DNA from: Dehalococcoidia bacterium
Lineage (GTDB): Bacteria; Chloroflexota; Dehalococcoidia; Lucifugimonadales; JADFKI01
Assembly: GCA_965204605.1 (NCBI GenBank)
Contig: OZ241999.1
Location: 364,598-428,597, forward strand
Reading direction: 5' to 3'
Length of the DNA stretch: 64,000 bases
Shown here: positions 8,656 through 18,991 of the stretch, piece by piece
Layout: the number at the start of each line of letters is the position of its first letter
Numbering within the stretch: position 1 is the first letter of the stretch
Made by a program: the position numbers and the translations under genes
The notes under the pieces: generated by a model
Databases searched by the model: none
What the model saw: only the letters and a program-made list of their open reading frames with translations
Told to the model about the DNA's origin: nothing

Positions 8656-9552
8656 ATGACCACACACACAGAAACGGCGCCGAATGCGAACCGCCGTCTC
8701 GAAGCGCCCGAACCAACAACCGCGGACATTAGCCGTCTGATTGACAAGGTGCATAATGCGGACTGCCTAGATCTGATGCGCTCTATGCCGGCCGAATCCG
8801 TCAGCATGGTATTCGCGGATCCGCCGTTCAATCTCAACAAGAAATACTCGTCATACAAAGATAACCGCCCGTTCGACGAGTATATGGATTGGACGGCGCA
8901 ATGGCTTTCGGAGGCGTGCCGCATCCTGAAACCCGACGGAAGCGTCTTTGTCTATAACATTCCCAAACTGCTCACATACACAGCGCCCATTCTCAACGAA
9001 CTCGCAGAGTTTCGGCACTGGATAGCGTGGAACTCCAACGGGCAGCCGCTGGGCAAAACCATGCAGCCGGCGCACTACGGCATACTCTTCTACACCAAGA
9101 ATCGGGACAGCAAGTTCTACGATGTGCGCGCGCCGCACAAGACCTGCCGCGTCTGCGATGCCTACCTCAAAGACTACGGCGGCAAAGAGCGCCTGCGCCA
9201 CAAATTCGGCTACCAAATCAGCGATGTGTGGGACGATATACACCGCATCCGCCACCGCTCCAAGCGCATAGATTCGCACCCTTGCCAGCTCCCCATCCAC
9301 CTGATAGAGCGGATGCTGCTTATGACCACGGACGAAGGCGACATCGTGTTCGACCCATTCGCCGGCGGCGGCTCCGCCGCGGTCGCCGCCAAGCAGCTCG
9401 GCCGCAGATACATCGGCGCGGACATAGACGCCGGCTATTGCGCCGCCGCTCAGCAACGGCTAATCGACGCAAATCCGGTAAAGCGCGGCGACGCCTATGT
9501 ATCCGTTCACCTGAACAAGATAGTCTCTATGCGGGATGTCGATATAAAATGA
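8656..9552 (+). CDS. Type II DNA methyltransferase, beta-class (N6-adenine or N4-cytosine)
   Basis: Catalytic motif IV FADPPFNL comes before SAM-binding motif I VFDPFAGGGSAAVAAKQLGR, which is the beta-class permutation. Also has RILKPDGSVFV and a CRVC insertion. Confidence 0.85.
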   Translation: MTTHTETAPNANRRLEAPEPTTADISRLIDKVHNADCLDLMRSMPAESVSMVFADPPFNLNKKYSSYKDNRPFDEYMDWTAQWLSEACRILKPDGSVFVYNIPKLLTYTAPILNELAEFRHWIAWNSNGQPLGKTMQPAHYGILFYTKNRDSKFYDVRAPHKTCRVCDAYLKDYGGKERLRHKFGYQISDVWDDIHRIRHRSKRIDSHPCQLPIHLIERMLLMTTDEGDIVFDPFAGGGSAAVAAKQLGRRYIGADIDAGYCAAAQQRLIDANPVKRGDAYVSVHLNKIVSMRDVDIK

Positions 9553-10451
9553 CCACTGCGCCGCCCCAAAAGATGACGCTAGACCAACTGCGCGCGCAAA
9601 TGCAGGTGTTTCTTGACTTCCCTGATGTAGAGCGAACAATTCAAGCGGAAGTAGAACAGACTGTTAGCAGAATTCTGCTGTCAAAAGCGCAAAATGGAGG
9701 CCGCGCCTCCGTAGATGTTCTTGCGGACTATCTGAATGCTCCAAATATGAATGCCTTGGAAGAGCGGCTTAAGGTCGTCATTGGCTTCGCGCACGGTTCT
9801 TTGGAAAGGATCAAGCGCATTTATGAGACCATATTCCCGGGCGCAAGTTGGAGCAGAATAAGGCGTGATGAGGATAAACGCCGTAGGATTGCGGCATTCC
9901 TCATCACCCCGCAGGCAGAAGAGATTTTTGTGCCTTCATTCATCAAGAATAACTTCTCTCTTCCTGATAATTGGATCGAACTCTTGCAGGATGAGGATTA
10001 TCTGCAAGCGGTCGTTCGAAACAATATGCAGTCGAAGTACGCCGCCAATATGGGCTTTGCGCTAGAAGAGCAAGTCCGCGGCATCGTAGCTTCCGCCGGA
10101 TACACCGCGCAAAAAGGCAAGGTTGGCATAGTTGACAACAAAGAAGTGGATATAGCCATTCCCGATATTGTCAACCCGCGTATCTTGATTATGTCGTCGT
10201 ATCAAGTTACCACCGGCTCGTCGCAATCAAGCAAGGCGAGTGAGCAGGCGCGAATGTACGAAGACGTGCAGCGCCACAACCGCAGCCGCGCCCAGCGCAA
10301 AGCCCCCAATGTCGTGTTCGTCAATGTCATAGACGGCGGCGGCTGGCTGTCCCGCCCCAACGATCTGCAAACTATGTGGGACGCCTGCGACTACTGCTTC
10401 TCCCGCTCAAGCCTTGACGGACTGCGCGCCGTCTTGGGGCGTCATCTTTGA
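9549..10451 (+). CDS. Putative cognate type II restriction endonuclease (family not recognised)
   Basis: 300-aa ORF starting at ATG 9549, which overlaps the methyltransferase stop (ATGA). Visibly AT-richer than its neighbours. Has a possible PD-(D/E)xK-like segment (EEQV...VDIAIPD...IMSSYQV). The track ORF start at 9027 is an out-of-frame overlap with the MTase and was discarded. Confidence 0.5.
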   Translation: MTTAPPQKMTLDQLRAQMQVFLDFPDVERTIQAEVEQTVSRILLSKAQNGGRASVDVLADYLNAPNMNALEERLKVVIGFAHGSLERIKRIYETIFPGASWSRIRRDEDKRRRIAAFLITPQAEEIFVPSFIKNNFSLPDNWIELLQDEDYLQAVVRNNMQSKYAANMGFALEEQVRGIVASAGYTAQKGKVGIVDNKEVDIAIPDIVNPRILIMSSYQVTTGSSQSSKASEQARMYEDVQRHNRSRAQRKAPNVVFVNVIDGGGWLSRPNDLQTMWDACDYCFSRSSLDGLRAVLGRHL

Positions 10452-10517
10452 CCATCATACAGAGACGGGGATATAATGCCGCCAACCGCCCTTAACTGAA
10501 ATCCGAGGGAGTTTGCC

Positions 10518-11660
10518 GTGAAAGTTACGGACTTCAAAACTATGGTCGTGGAGAACGAACCGCCGTATATCGGCGGCAGGTACCTGCTGTTCCTGCAGAT
10601 CGACACGGACGAGGGGATAAGCGGGCTGGGCGAGCGCATCACGGGCAGCGGCTATTCGCGTAGCCTGGGCGACCTGAAGTCGCAGATAAGCCTCATAGAT
10701 GAGATGCTGCGCCACTATGTTGTGGGCGAAAACGCCTTCAACATTGAGCGGATTTGGGACAGGATGTATGCCGCGCGCCACGATTTTCGCCATCCCAGTC
10801 TGCACGCCACGCCGGTGTTGAGCGCTATCGATATGGCGCTCTGGGACATTGCGGGCAAGGCGGCGGGGCAGCCGATATACAACCTGCTTGGCGGCAAGTA
10901 TCACGATACGCTGCGCGCATACGCATATATGCCGGGCGGCGCTTTCAAGGACAACCCCGATGCCGCCGGCGAAGTGGCGGCGCAGCTGCTGGCGGAAGGC
11001 AACTCCGCTTGCAAAATCGACCCGTTTATGCCTACATACCCTATACCGCGCGACATACCGTTGTGGGAAATTGAACACGCCGCCAAGGTGTTCGAGAGCG
11101 TCCGCAGCGCGGTGGGCAACAAGCTTGAGGTGGGCATCGGAACGCACGGGCAGCTGACCACATACAGCGCGATACGCGTCGCAAACTACCTGGAACCATA
11201 TCATCCCTTCTGGTTCGAAGAGCCGGTGCCGCCGGAGAACATAGACGAAATGGCGCGGGTGGCGGCGCATACAAGCATTCCCATAGCCAGCGGCGAGCGG
11301 CTTGTTACCAAGTATGAGTTCGCTCAGCTGATCGAGAAGAAGGCGGCGCAGATCATTCAGCTGGATGTGGGGCAGTGCGGCGGCATAACGGAAGCCAAGA
11401 AGATCGCCGCAATCGCAGAGGCGCACTACGCTATGATAGCGCCGCATATGTACTGCGGGCCGATAGCCGCCGCCGCCGCCGTGCAGATAGACACCTGCTC
11501 GCCCAACTTCCTGATACAGGAAGCCAATCAGGGGCCGCTGCACAAGACGATATTCAAAGAGCCTATCGTCTTCCGCAACGGCGAAATCATTCCGCCGACG
11601 GGGCCGGGGCTTGGCATAGAGTTCGATGAAGTCGTGCTGAGGCGGCGGTTGGTGGAGTAG
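10518..11660 (+). CDS. Enolase-superfamily enzyme (mandelate racemase/muconate lactonizing family, sugar-acid dehydratase-like)
   Basis: N-terminal capping domain (G.GE), AIDMALWDIAGKAAGQPIYNLLGG, and metal ligands in the FWFEEP / IASGE / QLD context. GTG start preceded by GAGGGAG. Confidence 0.85.
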   Translation: MKVTDFKTMVVENEPPYIGGRYLLFLQIDTDEGISGLGERITGSGYSRSLGDLKSQISLIDEMLRHYVVGENAFNIERIWDRMYAARHDFRHPSLHATPVLSAIDMALWDIAGKAAGQPIYNLLGGKYHDTLRAYAYMPGGAFKDNPDAAGEVAAQLLAEGNSACKIDPFMPTYPIPRDIPLWEIEHAAKVFESVRSAVGNKLEVGIGTHGQLTTYSAIRVANYLEPYHPFWFEEPVPPENIDEMARVAAHTSIPIASGERLVTKYEFAQLIEKKAAQIIQLDVGQCGGITEAKKIAAIAEAHYAMIAPHMYCGPIAAAAAVQIDTCSPNFLIQEANQGPLHKTIFKEPIVFRNGEIIPPTGPGLGIEFDEVVLRRRLVE

Positions 11661-11812
11661 CGGCGCCCGGCTTGCGCCTCACGCGGCGCGCTTTCAGCGC
11701 CGTTTGTTGACCCGTTCCAGCGTTTGGCTATACCATAGGGTTATCGAATTTGTTGGAATAATCCAATAAGTTTGCTCCACGCATCCAACATAGGAGAAAG
11801 GGGTGGGCTCCT

Positions 11813-12064
11813 ATGACTACGCTGAAACGGGAGATGGCGGCATACGAGAAAATCCGCAACGACCTTGAACTTGAACACTTCGGCAAGTGGGCGGTTGTGC
11901 ATGATGATGAACTCGTCGGAGTCTATGATAACTTTGAGGTAGCTGCAGATAACGCGGTTCGGCGCTATGGACGCGGCCCGTACCTTATCCGGCGCATCGG
12001 CGCGCCTAGGGTGATTACCCTGCCTGCGTCCATTCAATATAGGCCCGTATATGCCGGTGTCTGA
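11813..12064 (+). CDS. Small hypothetical protein (DUF5678-like, antitoxin-like fold?)
   Basis: 83 aa with a strong RBS (AGGAGAAAGGGG) and an upstream TTGACC-16-TATACC promoter-like sequence. The GKWAVVHDDELVGVYDNFEVAADNAVRRYG pattern resembles small DUF5678-type proteins. Confidence 0.4.
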   Translation: MTTLKREMAAYEKIRNDLELEHFGKWAVVHDDELVGVYDNFEVAADNAVRRYGRGPYLIRRIGAPRVITLPASIQYRPVYAGV

Positions 12065-12100
12065 GGACTATGCGCCCCCCCCCCACGCCTAGACGGCAAA

Positions 12101-12128
12101 AGCCCCCAACCCTGCTTTCGGTCGGGGG
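12101..12128. terminator. Bidirectional stem-loop terminator between the small ORF and dnaK
   Basis: GCCCCCAACC-ctgctttc-GGTCGGGGGC hairpin with A-run and T-rich flanks. Lies between convergent genes. Confidence 0.55.
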
Positions 12129-12204
12129 CTTGCTGTGTCATCCCTACGCCGGCTCACTAGAGCGCATACGCAGGGATAGCACAGTATCGGATGGTTAACT
12201 CGCC

Positions 12205-14100
<1,896 letters not shown>

Positions 14101-14118
14101 TGCTTGCGCTCCTGTGAT

Positions 14119-14742
14119 TTAGTGAATTTCCTGTTCGGGTTCGGCGGCGGGCGCTTTGGCGACGATAACCTGCGACGCTCTCAGCACTCTGTCATGCAGC
14201 CGATAGCCCTCGCGCGTTACCGCGATAATGACGCCGTCTTCAGCGTCGCCAGTTTCTTGGTGGAACACCGCTTCGTGTTCCCACGGATCGAATGGTTTGC
14301 CCGCCGCTTCTATTTTGCTGACGCCTTCGGTTTCTAGGATGTTCATAAGGTTGCGCCGCACCAGCGACAGCCCTTCATGCCAGCCGTCCGCCGCGTCTGC
14401 GGGCAGCATCTCTAGGGCGCGGTCGAAGTTGTCCACCACTTCGAGCAGTTTGCGGATGAGTTCGGCGTTGGCGCTGCGGCGCAGTTCGGCTTGCTCTTCG
14501 GCGGCGCGGCGCTTGTAATTTTCCAAATCCGCTAGCGCGCGCATCGCCATATTCTTGAACTGATCGCGCTCGCATTCGGCTTCCGTTAACTGCTCGGTTA
14601 GCAGATCGACGTCGGGTTGCGCGGGGGGCGCTGCATTCTCTTTGTGCGGATTGTCCGTAGCGGCGCAATTCGCATCGGCGGCGTCAGGTTGTTCGCGCTC
14701 GACGGGATCGGCGGCTTCCGCGCCCTGCTTCTCTTCGTTCAT
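14119..14742 (-). CDS. grpE: Nucleotide exchange factor GrpE
   Basis: 207 aa with an acidic N-terminus, a coiled coil (ALADLENYKRR) and a C-terminal beta domain (FDP..HEAV). Immediately upstream of dnaK. Confidence 0.9.
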   Translation of the reverse strand: MNEEKQGAEAADPVEREQPDAADANCAATDNPHKENAAPPAQPDVDLLTEQLTEAECERDQFKNMAMRALADLENYKRRAAEEQAELRRSANAELIRKLLEVVDNFDRALEMLPADAADGWHEGLSLVRRNLMNILETEGVSKIEAAGKPFDPWEHEAVFHQETGDAEDGVIIAVTREGYRLHDRVLRASQVIVAKAPAAEPEQEIH

Positions 14743-14759
14743 ATATCGGTTCCTCCAAA

Positions 14760-15125
14760 CTAACTTGGGCCTTGGATCATCTCGATTAGTTCGTCGACGC
14801 TTTCGTCCATAGACTGCTTGAGGCTCTTGCCTTCCAGCGCGCGCGTCTGCGCCTTCATCTGCATCAGTTTGTTGAACATACGCAGCGCGAGCTGCACGCC
14901 GGCGAGGTTAACGCCTAGATCGCCGACCAGATGCTTTATGAGGCGCAAGCGCCGCACATCGGCATCGGAGTACAGGCGCAGCATTCCCATAGTGCGGGAC
15001 GGGCGCACAAGCCCGATGCGCTCATATTTGCGCAGGGTTTGCGGGTGCATTTCCAGGATGCGCGCCGCAACGCTGATGATGTACACGCCCGCCACCTCTT
15101 CTTGGGCTTGCCGATTTCCGTTCAT
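14760..15125 (-). CDS. hspR: MerR-family heat-shock repressor HspR
   Basis: VYIISVAARILEMHPQTLRKYERIGLVRPSRT....RLYSDADVRRLRLIKHLV..LGVNLAG is a close match to the HspR N-terminal HTH. First gene of the grpE-dnaK operon. Confidence 0.8.
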   Translation of the reverse strand: MNGNRQAQEEVAGVYIISVAARILEMHPQTLRKYERIGLVRPSRTMGMLRLYSDADVRRLRLIKHLVGDLGVNLAGVQLALRMFNKLMQMKAQTRALEGKSLKQSMDESVDELIEMIQGPS

Positions 15126-15301
15126 ACATCCCTCCGGGCACTTGGCGCTTTCGGGCAGCGTTAGCGCCGCCGATTGCGCCGCCGCCGCCCGCTAACTTTT
15201 GGCTGCGCTTGCCGTTATATTATACGCAGCGGGCATCCGAAAAGTCAGACATTTCGCTCTGGGCAGCGCGCTCGCCGCATAGGATTGGCTACTTATGATA
15301 T

Positions 15302-15340
15302 ATTCTACATATTGACATAAGCCGTGTCAACTTATATTAT
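15302..15340. promoter_or_regulatory. Palindromic divergent promoter pair / HAIR-like operator (TTGACA-N7-TGTCAA)
   Basis: Plus strand: -35 TTGACA 15312..15317, 17-nt spacer, -10 TATTAT 15335..15340. Minus strand: -35 TTGACA (15330..15325), 17-nt spacer, -10 TAGAAT (15307..15302). The two -35 boxes form a perfect inverted repeat with the same TTGA-N11-TCAA geometry as the HspR operator HAIR (CTTGAGT-N7-ACTCAAG). Confidence 0.5.
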
Positions 15341-15496
15341 AGTAGGCATCAACTGCAGGCGAACCGCTTGCGGGCGCAAATCCCGCTTTGGGAGCGCGCA
15401 TCCAACTTGGCAAAACCCGATAAATCTCTCCGACGCAAGTGGGGGCGCAAGGCAAATCCACAGAGCGCGGGGAGCAATCCAACGGAGGTGAGCGAT

Positions 15497-15670
15497 ATGG
15501 CGCTGTATCTGAAGAGCTGCCCCCGCTGCGGTGGGGATATGAACTCCAACAGGGACATCTACGGCGAGTACCGGCTGTGTATGCAGTGCGGGCATATGAT
15601 AGACATCGTGAAGCCGTCCAACCTGTTCGCGCTGAGCCGCGACGACGGCCCCAAGCGCAAGGCGGCGTAA
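15497..15670 (+). CDS. Small zinc-ribbon protein (CxxC...CxxC)
   Basis: ATG 15497 is preceded by GGAGGTG. The 57-aa product is MALYLKSCPRCGGDMNSNRDIYGEYRLCMQCGH. The longer track ORF from 15368 lacks an RBS. Confidence 0.5.
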   Translation: MALYLKSCPRCGGDMNSNRDIYGEYRLCMQCGHMIDIVKPSNLFALSRDDGPKRKAA

Positions 15671-15744
15671 GGCGGCCGCCGGTGCGCGGCAATAGGGCAT
15701 ACGCCGGTCACCGCGCATCACGCCCGCTTGTATGCGGCAATAGG

Positions 15745-15779
15745 AAAGCCCCTCGCGCAAATCGCGTGAGGGGCTTTTT
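15745..15779 (+). terminator. Rho-independent terminator
   Basis: AAAGCCCCTC-gcgcaaatcgcgt-GAGGGGCTTTTT, a perfect 10-bp stem followed by a T-run. Confidence 0.7.
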
Positions 15780-15906
15780 GTTCGACTGCTTGCTTTTCAT
15801 TATCGCCAATTGGCGGTTAATAAGCGGTGGCGATGCTGACGCAATCGGCGGCGGTGGGCGGCGATAGGCAGGGCCGAAACGGCGCTGCGCTATCGCCGCG
15901 GCTAGG

Positions 15907-16521
15907 CTACATCAGTTCGTCCCAGAAGCGCTGCTCTTTCCATGGATCGCCTTCCATATGGTAGCCGCGCACTTCCCAGAAGCCGGGGCGGTCTTCGGGC
16001 ATAAACTCCAGCCCGTTCACCCACTTGGCGCTCTTCCAGCCGTAGCGCTTGGGCACCACCAGGCGCAGCGGGCCGCCGTGCGCTTCGGCAAGCGGTTCGC
16101 CGTCGTGGGCGTAGGCGAACAGCACATCGTCATCGTTGATTACATCCAGCGCGAGGTTGGTGGAGTAGCCGCCGTAGCAGTGCGCCATCACATGCGTGGC
16201 GGTGGGCGCAGGGTTGACCAGCGCCATCACATCGCGGAACGCCACGCCTTCCCAGGTGTTCTGCAGCTTGCTCCACTGCGTAACGCAGTGAAACTCGGCG
16301 TCAAGCGTGATTTTCGGCAGATCGGTGAACTCCGCCCAGCTCAGCGCAACCTCTTCATCCACCAGGCCGAACACCCTGAACCGCCACTTGTCCAGATCGA
16401 TGCGCGGCGTGGGCCCGTATGTCAGCACGGGGAACTTTGTGGTAACGAACTGCCCCGGCGGGGCGTCTTCCTGCTCTCTGTTGCGCCAGCCGCTGTTTAT
16501 CCGCCCCAGTTTGCTCAGCAT
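15907..16521 (-). CDS. Sulfite-oxidase-like molybdopterin oxidoreductase (YuiH/MsrP-type catalytic domain)
   Basis: 204 aa with FHCVTQWSK....WEGV (Moco-binding Cys context) and LRLVVP..YG.KS.KW. No signal peptide and no MsrQ partner nearby. Confidence 0.75.
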   Translation of the reverse strand: MLSKLGRINSGWRNREQEDAPPGQFVTTKFPVLTYGPTPRIDLDKWRFRVFGLVDEEVALSWAEFTDLPKITLDAEFHCVTQWSKLQNTWEGVAFRDVMALVNPAPTATHVMAHCYGGYSTNLALDVINDDDVLFAYAHDGEPLAEAHGGPLRLVVPKRYGWKSAKWVNGLEFMPEDRPGFWEVRGYHMEGDPWKEQRFWDELM

Positions 16522-16811
16522 ATCTACCTCCGAGTTAGCCGATAGCGCGGGCTATCGGTCAATGGTTGTCTAGCGTGTTGTGTATCATTTAGATGAGGTT
16601 TGCGCCCGATTGGGTTCGCGCGCCCTCATACATAATACATATCCGTCAATTAGTGTACACTAGACGGGCGCTTGTGTAGTATCAATTGCGGGCTGCGAAT
16701 TGGATATTGGCGGCGGGCGGGCTATCGCAAGCGCTGCCTAATGCGCCGCCGCCGATCGACTGCCGAATAGCCGCCGTTGGCAAGCGCCAAACCATAGCCC
16801 ACTACTGCGAT

Positions 16812-17666
16812 ATGAACTCCCAAGATATGAACGGTCAGATAGAAGAGATACTGCGCGGCTGCTACGATTTGCATGTTCACGCAGCGCCGGACGGCAGCCG
16901 GGAGCGCCGAATGGACGCGCTTGAGGTTGCGCGCTGCGCCTATGAAGCGGAGATGGGCGGGTTTGCGCTCAAATCGCACGCCTACAACACGGCACCACTC
17001 GCTTATGCGCTCAATCGGATGTATCCCGGGCTGAAAGTGTTCGGCGCAATCGCGCTCAACCGCGCGGTGGGCGGCGTGAACCCGGACGCGGTTCAAGCAG
17101 CGGCGGATTTGGGCGCGCAAGTGGTTTGGATGCCCACATTCAGCGCCGACTTTTGGCAGCGCAATCGCGGCGGTGGCAAGCGCGAGGGGTTGCGCGTCGC
17201 CAACGCCGACGGCAGCTTGCGCGCGGGCGTGGGCGAGACGCTGGAAATCATCGCCGCCAACGATATGACGGTAGCGTCGGGGAATATCGCGCCGTCGGAG
17301 GCGATAGCGCTGTTCGCGGCGGCGAAGGCGCAGGGCGTAAGGCGCATGATCGCCACGCATCCGGGCGGCGCGGCGTCGATCGATGAGCGGCGGCGGATGA
17401 TTGCGTTGGGGGCGTATGCGGAGTGCGCATTCCTTGCGTGCATGCCCGCGCGCGCCGCTATGACGCCGGCGAAGCTTGTAGAAACGCTGCGGGCGCTTGG
17501 CGTTTCCAATTGCATCGTAACTACCGCTTTGGGGCAATGGATGAACCCGCCGCCGGCGGAGGGGATGCGAATGGCGATTGCGGCGCTGCTTGACGCGGGG
17601 ATGAGCGCCGATGAAGTGTCCACGCTGGTCAAGCGCAATCCCGCGCAGCTGCTGGGCGTGGAGTGA
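16812..17666 (+). CDS. Putative metal-dependent hydrolase, amidohydrolase/PHP-like TIM barrel (DUF6282-like)
   Basis: DLHVHAAPDGSRERRMDALEVARCAYEAEMGGFALKSHAYNT (HxH metal motif, then KSH). I chose the start at ATG 16812; the track start at 16686 adds an unlikely leader. Confidence 0.5.
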   Translation: MNSQDMNGQIEEILRGCYDLHVHAAPDGSRERRMDALEVARCAYEAEMGGFALKSHAYNTAPLAYALNRMYPGLKVFGAIALNRAVGGVNPDAVQAAADLGAQVVWMPTFSADFWQRNRGGGKREGLRVANADGSLRAGVGETLEIIAANDMTVASGNIAPSEAIALFAAAKAQGVRRMIATHPGGAASIDERRRMIALGAYAECAFLACMPARAAMTPAKLVETLRALGVSNCIVTTALGQWMNPPPAEGMRMAIAALLDAGMSADEVSTLVKRNPAQLLGVE

Positions 17667-17751
17667 GACAGCGCTTCCGATAGCGCTATGCGATAGCCCG
17701 CGCGCCCGATAAGCGGGGGCGGCAAGCGGCGGCGTCTCGCTTTCATATCGC

Positions 17752-18828
17752 TTACAGATCTTGCAGATTGGGCAGCACGCGCTCGCTCATAAGCGTCAGC
17801 GAATTTAGCCACTTTTGGCGGTCTTGCTCCCAGTCGTGGCAGAGCAGCAGCAGGGTTCCGAAGCCGCCCACGTCGGCGTGGAGTTTGCGAAGCTTATGGG
17901 TTACTTCGTCGGGATCGCCCACAATCCAGAGGTTTTGCAGCATGTATTCGGGCGTGAGGGCGTCGTCGGGCATATCGGCGTCGGTCTTGAGGCCGTCAAG
18001 CCCCCTGCCGCTGCCTAGGAGCGGGATCCAGTAGTCCGTGAAGAATCTGCCGAACACGCGCAGGGCGTCTTCGCGCGCCTTATCGCCGTCCTCTGCCACA
18101 TACACTTCGCGCGATATGCGCCATTGGTCGCGCGTGGGGGCGCGGTTGGCTCTGGCGGCGCCCTTTGCGACGACCTGCCAGTGGCTTGGCAGGAATGTAT
18201 CGTGCAGGAAGCAGGTGCTGAGGGGCAGCCAGCCGCGCTCGCCAACGATTTCCAGCGTGCCGGAGTAGGGGCTGCTGCCGGCGACGGCGATGGGCGGGTG
18301 CGGCTGCTGGTAGGGCGTCATATGAAAGCCAAGCCGCCTTTCGGGAACGGCTTCGGGCAGCCTACCTTCGTAGAACCTGCTGTTGTACTCGAAGGGTTTG
18401 CCTTCCCATATCTTGAGGATGAGGTCAATCGCTTCGTAGAGGCGCTCGCGGGGACTGCCGGCGTCGGTGTCCAAGCCGAACATTTCGCTGTCGGTGGACG
18501 GGCCGCCGGAGCCGATGCCTAGATAGACGCGGCCGCGGGACATGTGGTCGAGCATCGCAATTCGGTGCGCCACATGCGCGGGGTGGTGGTAGTGCAGCAG
18601 GGATACGCCGGTGCCGAAGCGCATACGCTCGGTTACGCCCAGCGCCCGCGCGATGAACACCTCCGGCGATGGCATATTTTCCCACGGCAGGGTGAAGTGT
18701 TCGCCTATCCACGCCTCCGAAAAGCCCAGCGCGTCGGCGTGCGCCATAAGCGCAAGGTCTTCTTCGTAGGTGTCAGCGTGCGCGCGGTTGGGGTAGTGCA
18801 GCGGCATCAGAAACAAGCCCAGTTCCAT
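17752..18828 (-). CDS. LLM-class flavin-dependent oxidoreductase (luciferase-like monooxygenase)
   Basis: MELGLFLMP........Y.E.L......D.LGF.EAWIGEHF, then a TIM-barrel LLM pattern throughout. ATG 18828 has a GAGGGA RBS. Confidence 0.8.
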   Translation of the reverse strand: MELGLFLMPLHYPNRAHADTYEEDLALMAHADALGFSEAWIGEHFTLPWENMPSPEVFIARALGVTERMRFGTGVSLLHYHHPAHVAHRIAMLDHMSRGRVYLGIGSGGPSTDSEMFGLDTDAGSPRERLYEAIDLILKIWEGKPFEYNSRFYEGRLPEAVPERRLGFHMTPYQQPHPPIAVAGSSPYSGTLEIVGERGWLPLSTCFLHDTFLPSHWQVVAKGAARANRAPTRDQWRISREVYVAEDGDKAREDALRVFGRFFTDYWIPLLGSGRGLDGLKTDADMPDDALTPEYMLQNLWIVGDPDEVTHKLRKLHADVGGFGTLLLLCHDWEQDRQKWLNSLTLMSERVLPNLQDL

Positions 18829-18991
18829 AGCGAAATCCCTCACTCCATAGCGATAAGCGGTATCGGAATGAGCGGATTATAGCACAGGGCGGCGGCTGAA
18901 CAGGTCAGGGGCGGCGCGCGGTTGAGGGCGTCCGAATAGCGGACGGGTTGAACGCCTGACTCAACGGCTGCGCCGCGCTGAGATTGCCGCG

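Noticed and set aside
9027-9548. Long N-terminal extension of the endonuclease ORF (track start 9027).
   Set aside because: It lies entirely inside the methyltransferase gene in another frame and is Arg/Pro/Ala-rich nonsense. A clean ATG at 9549 overlaps the MTase stop.
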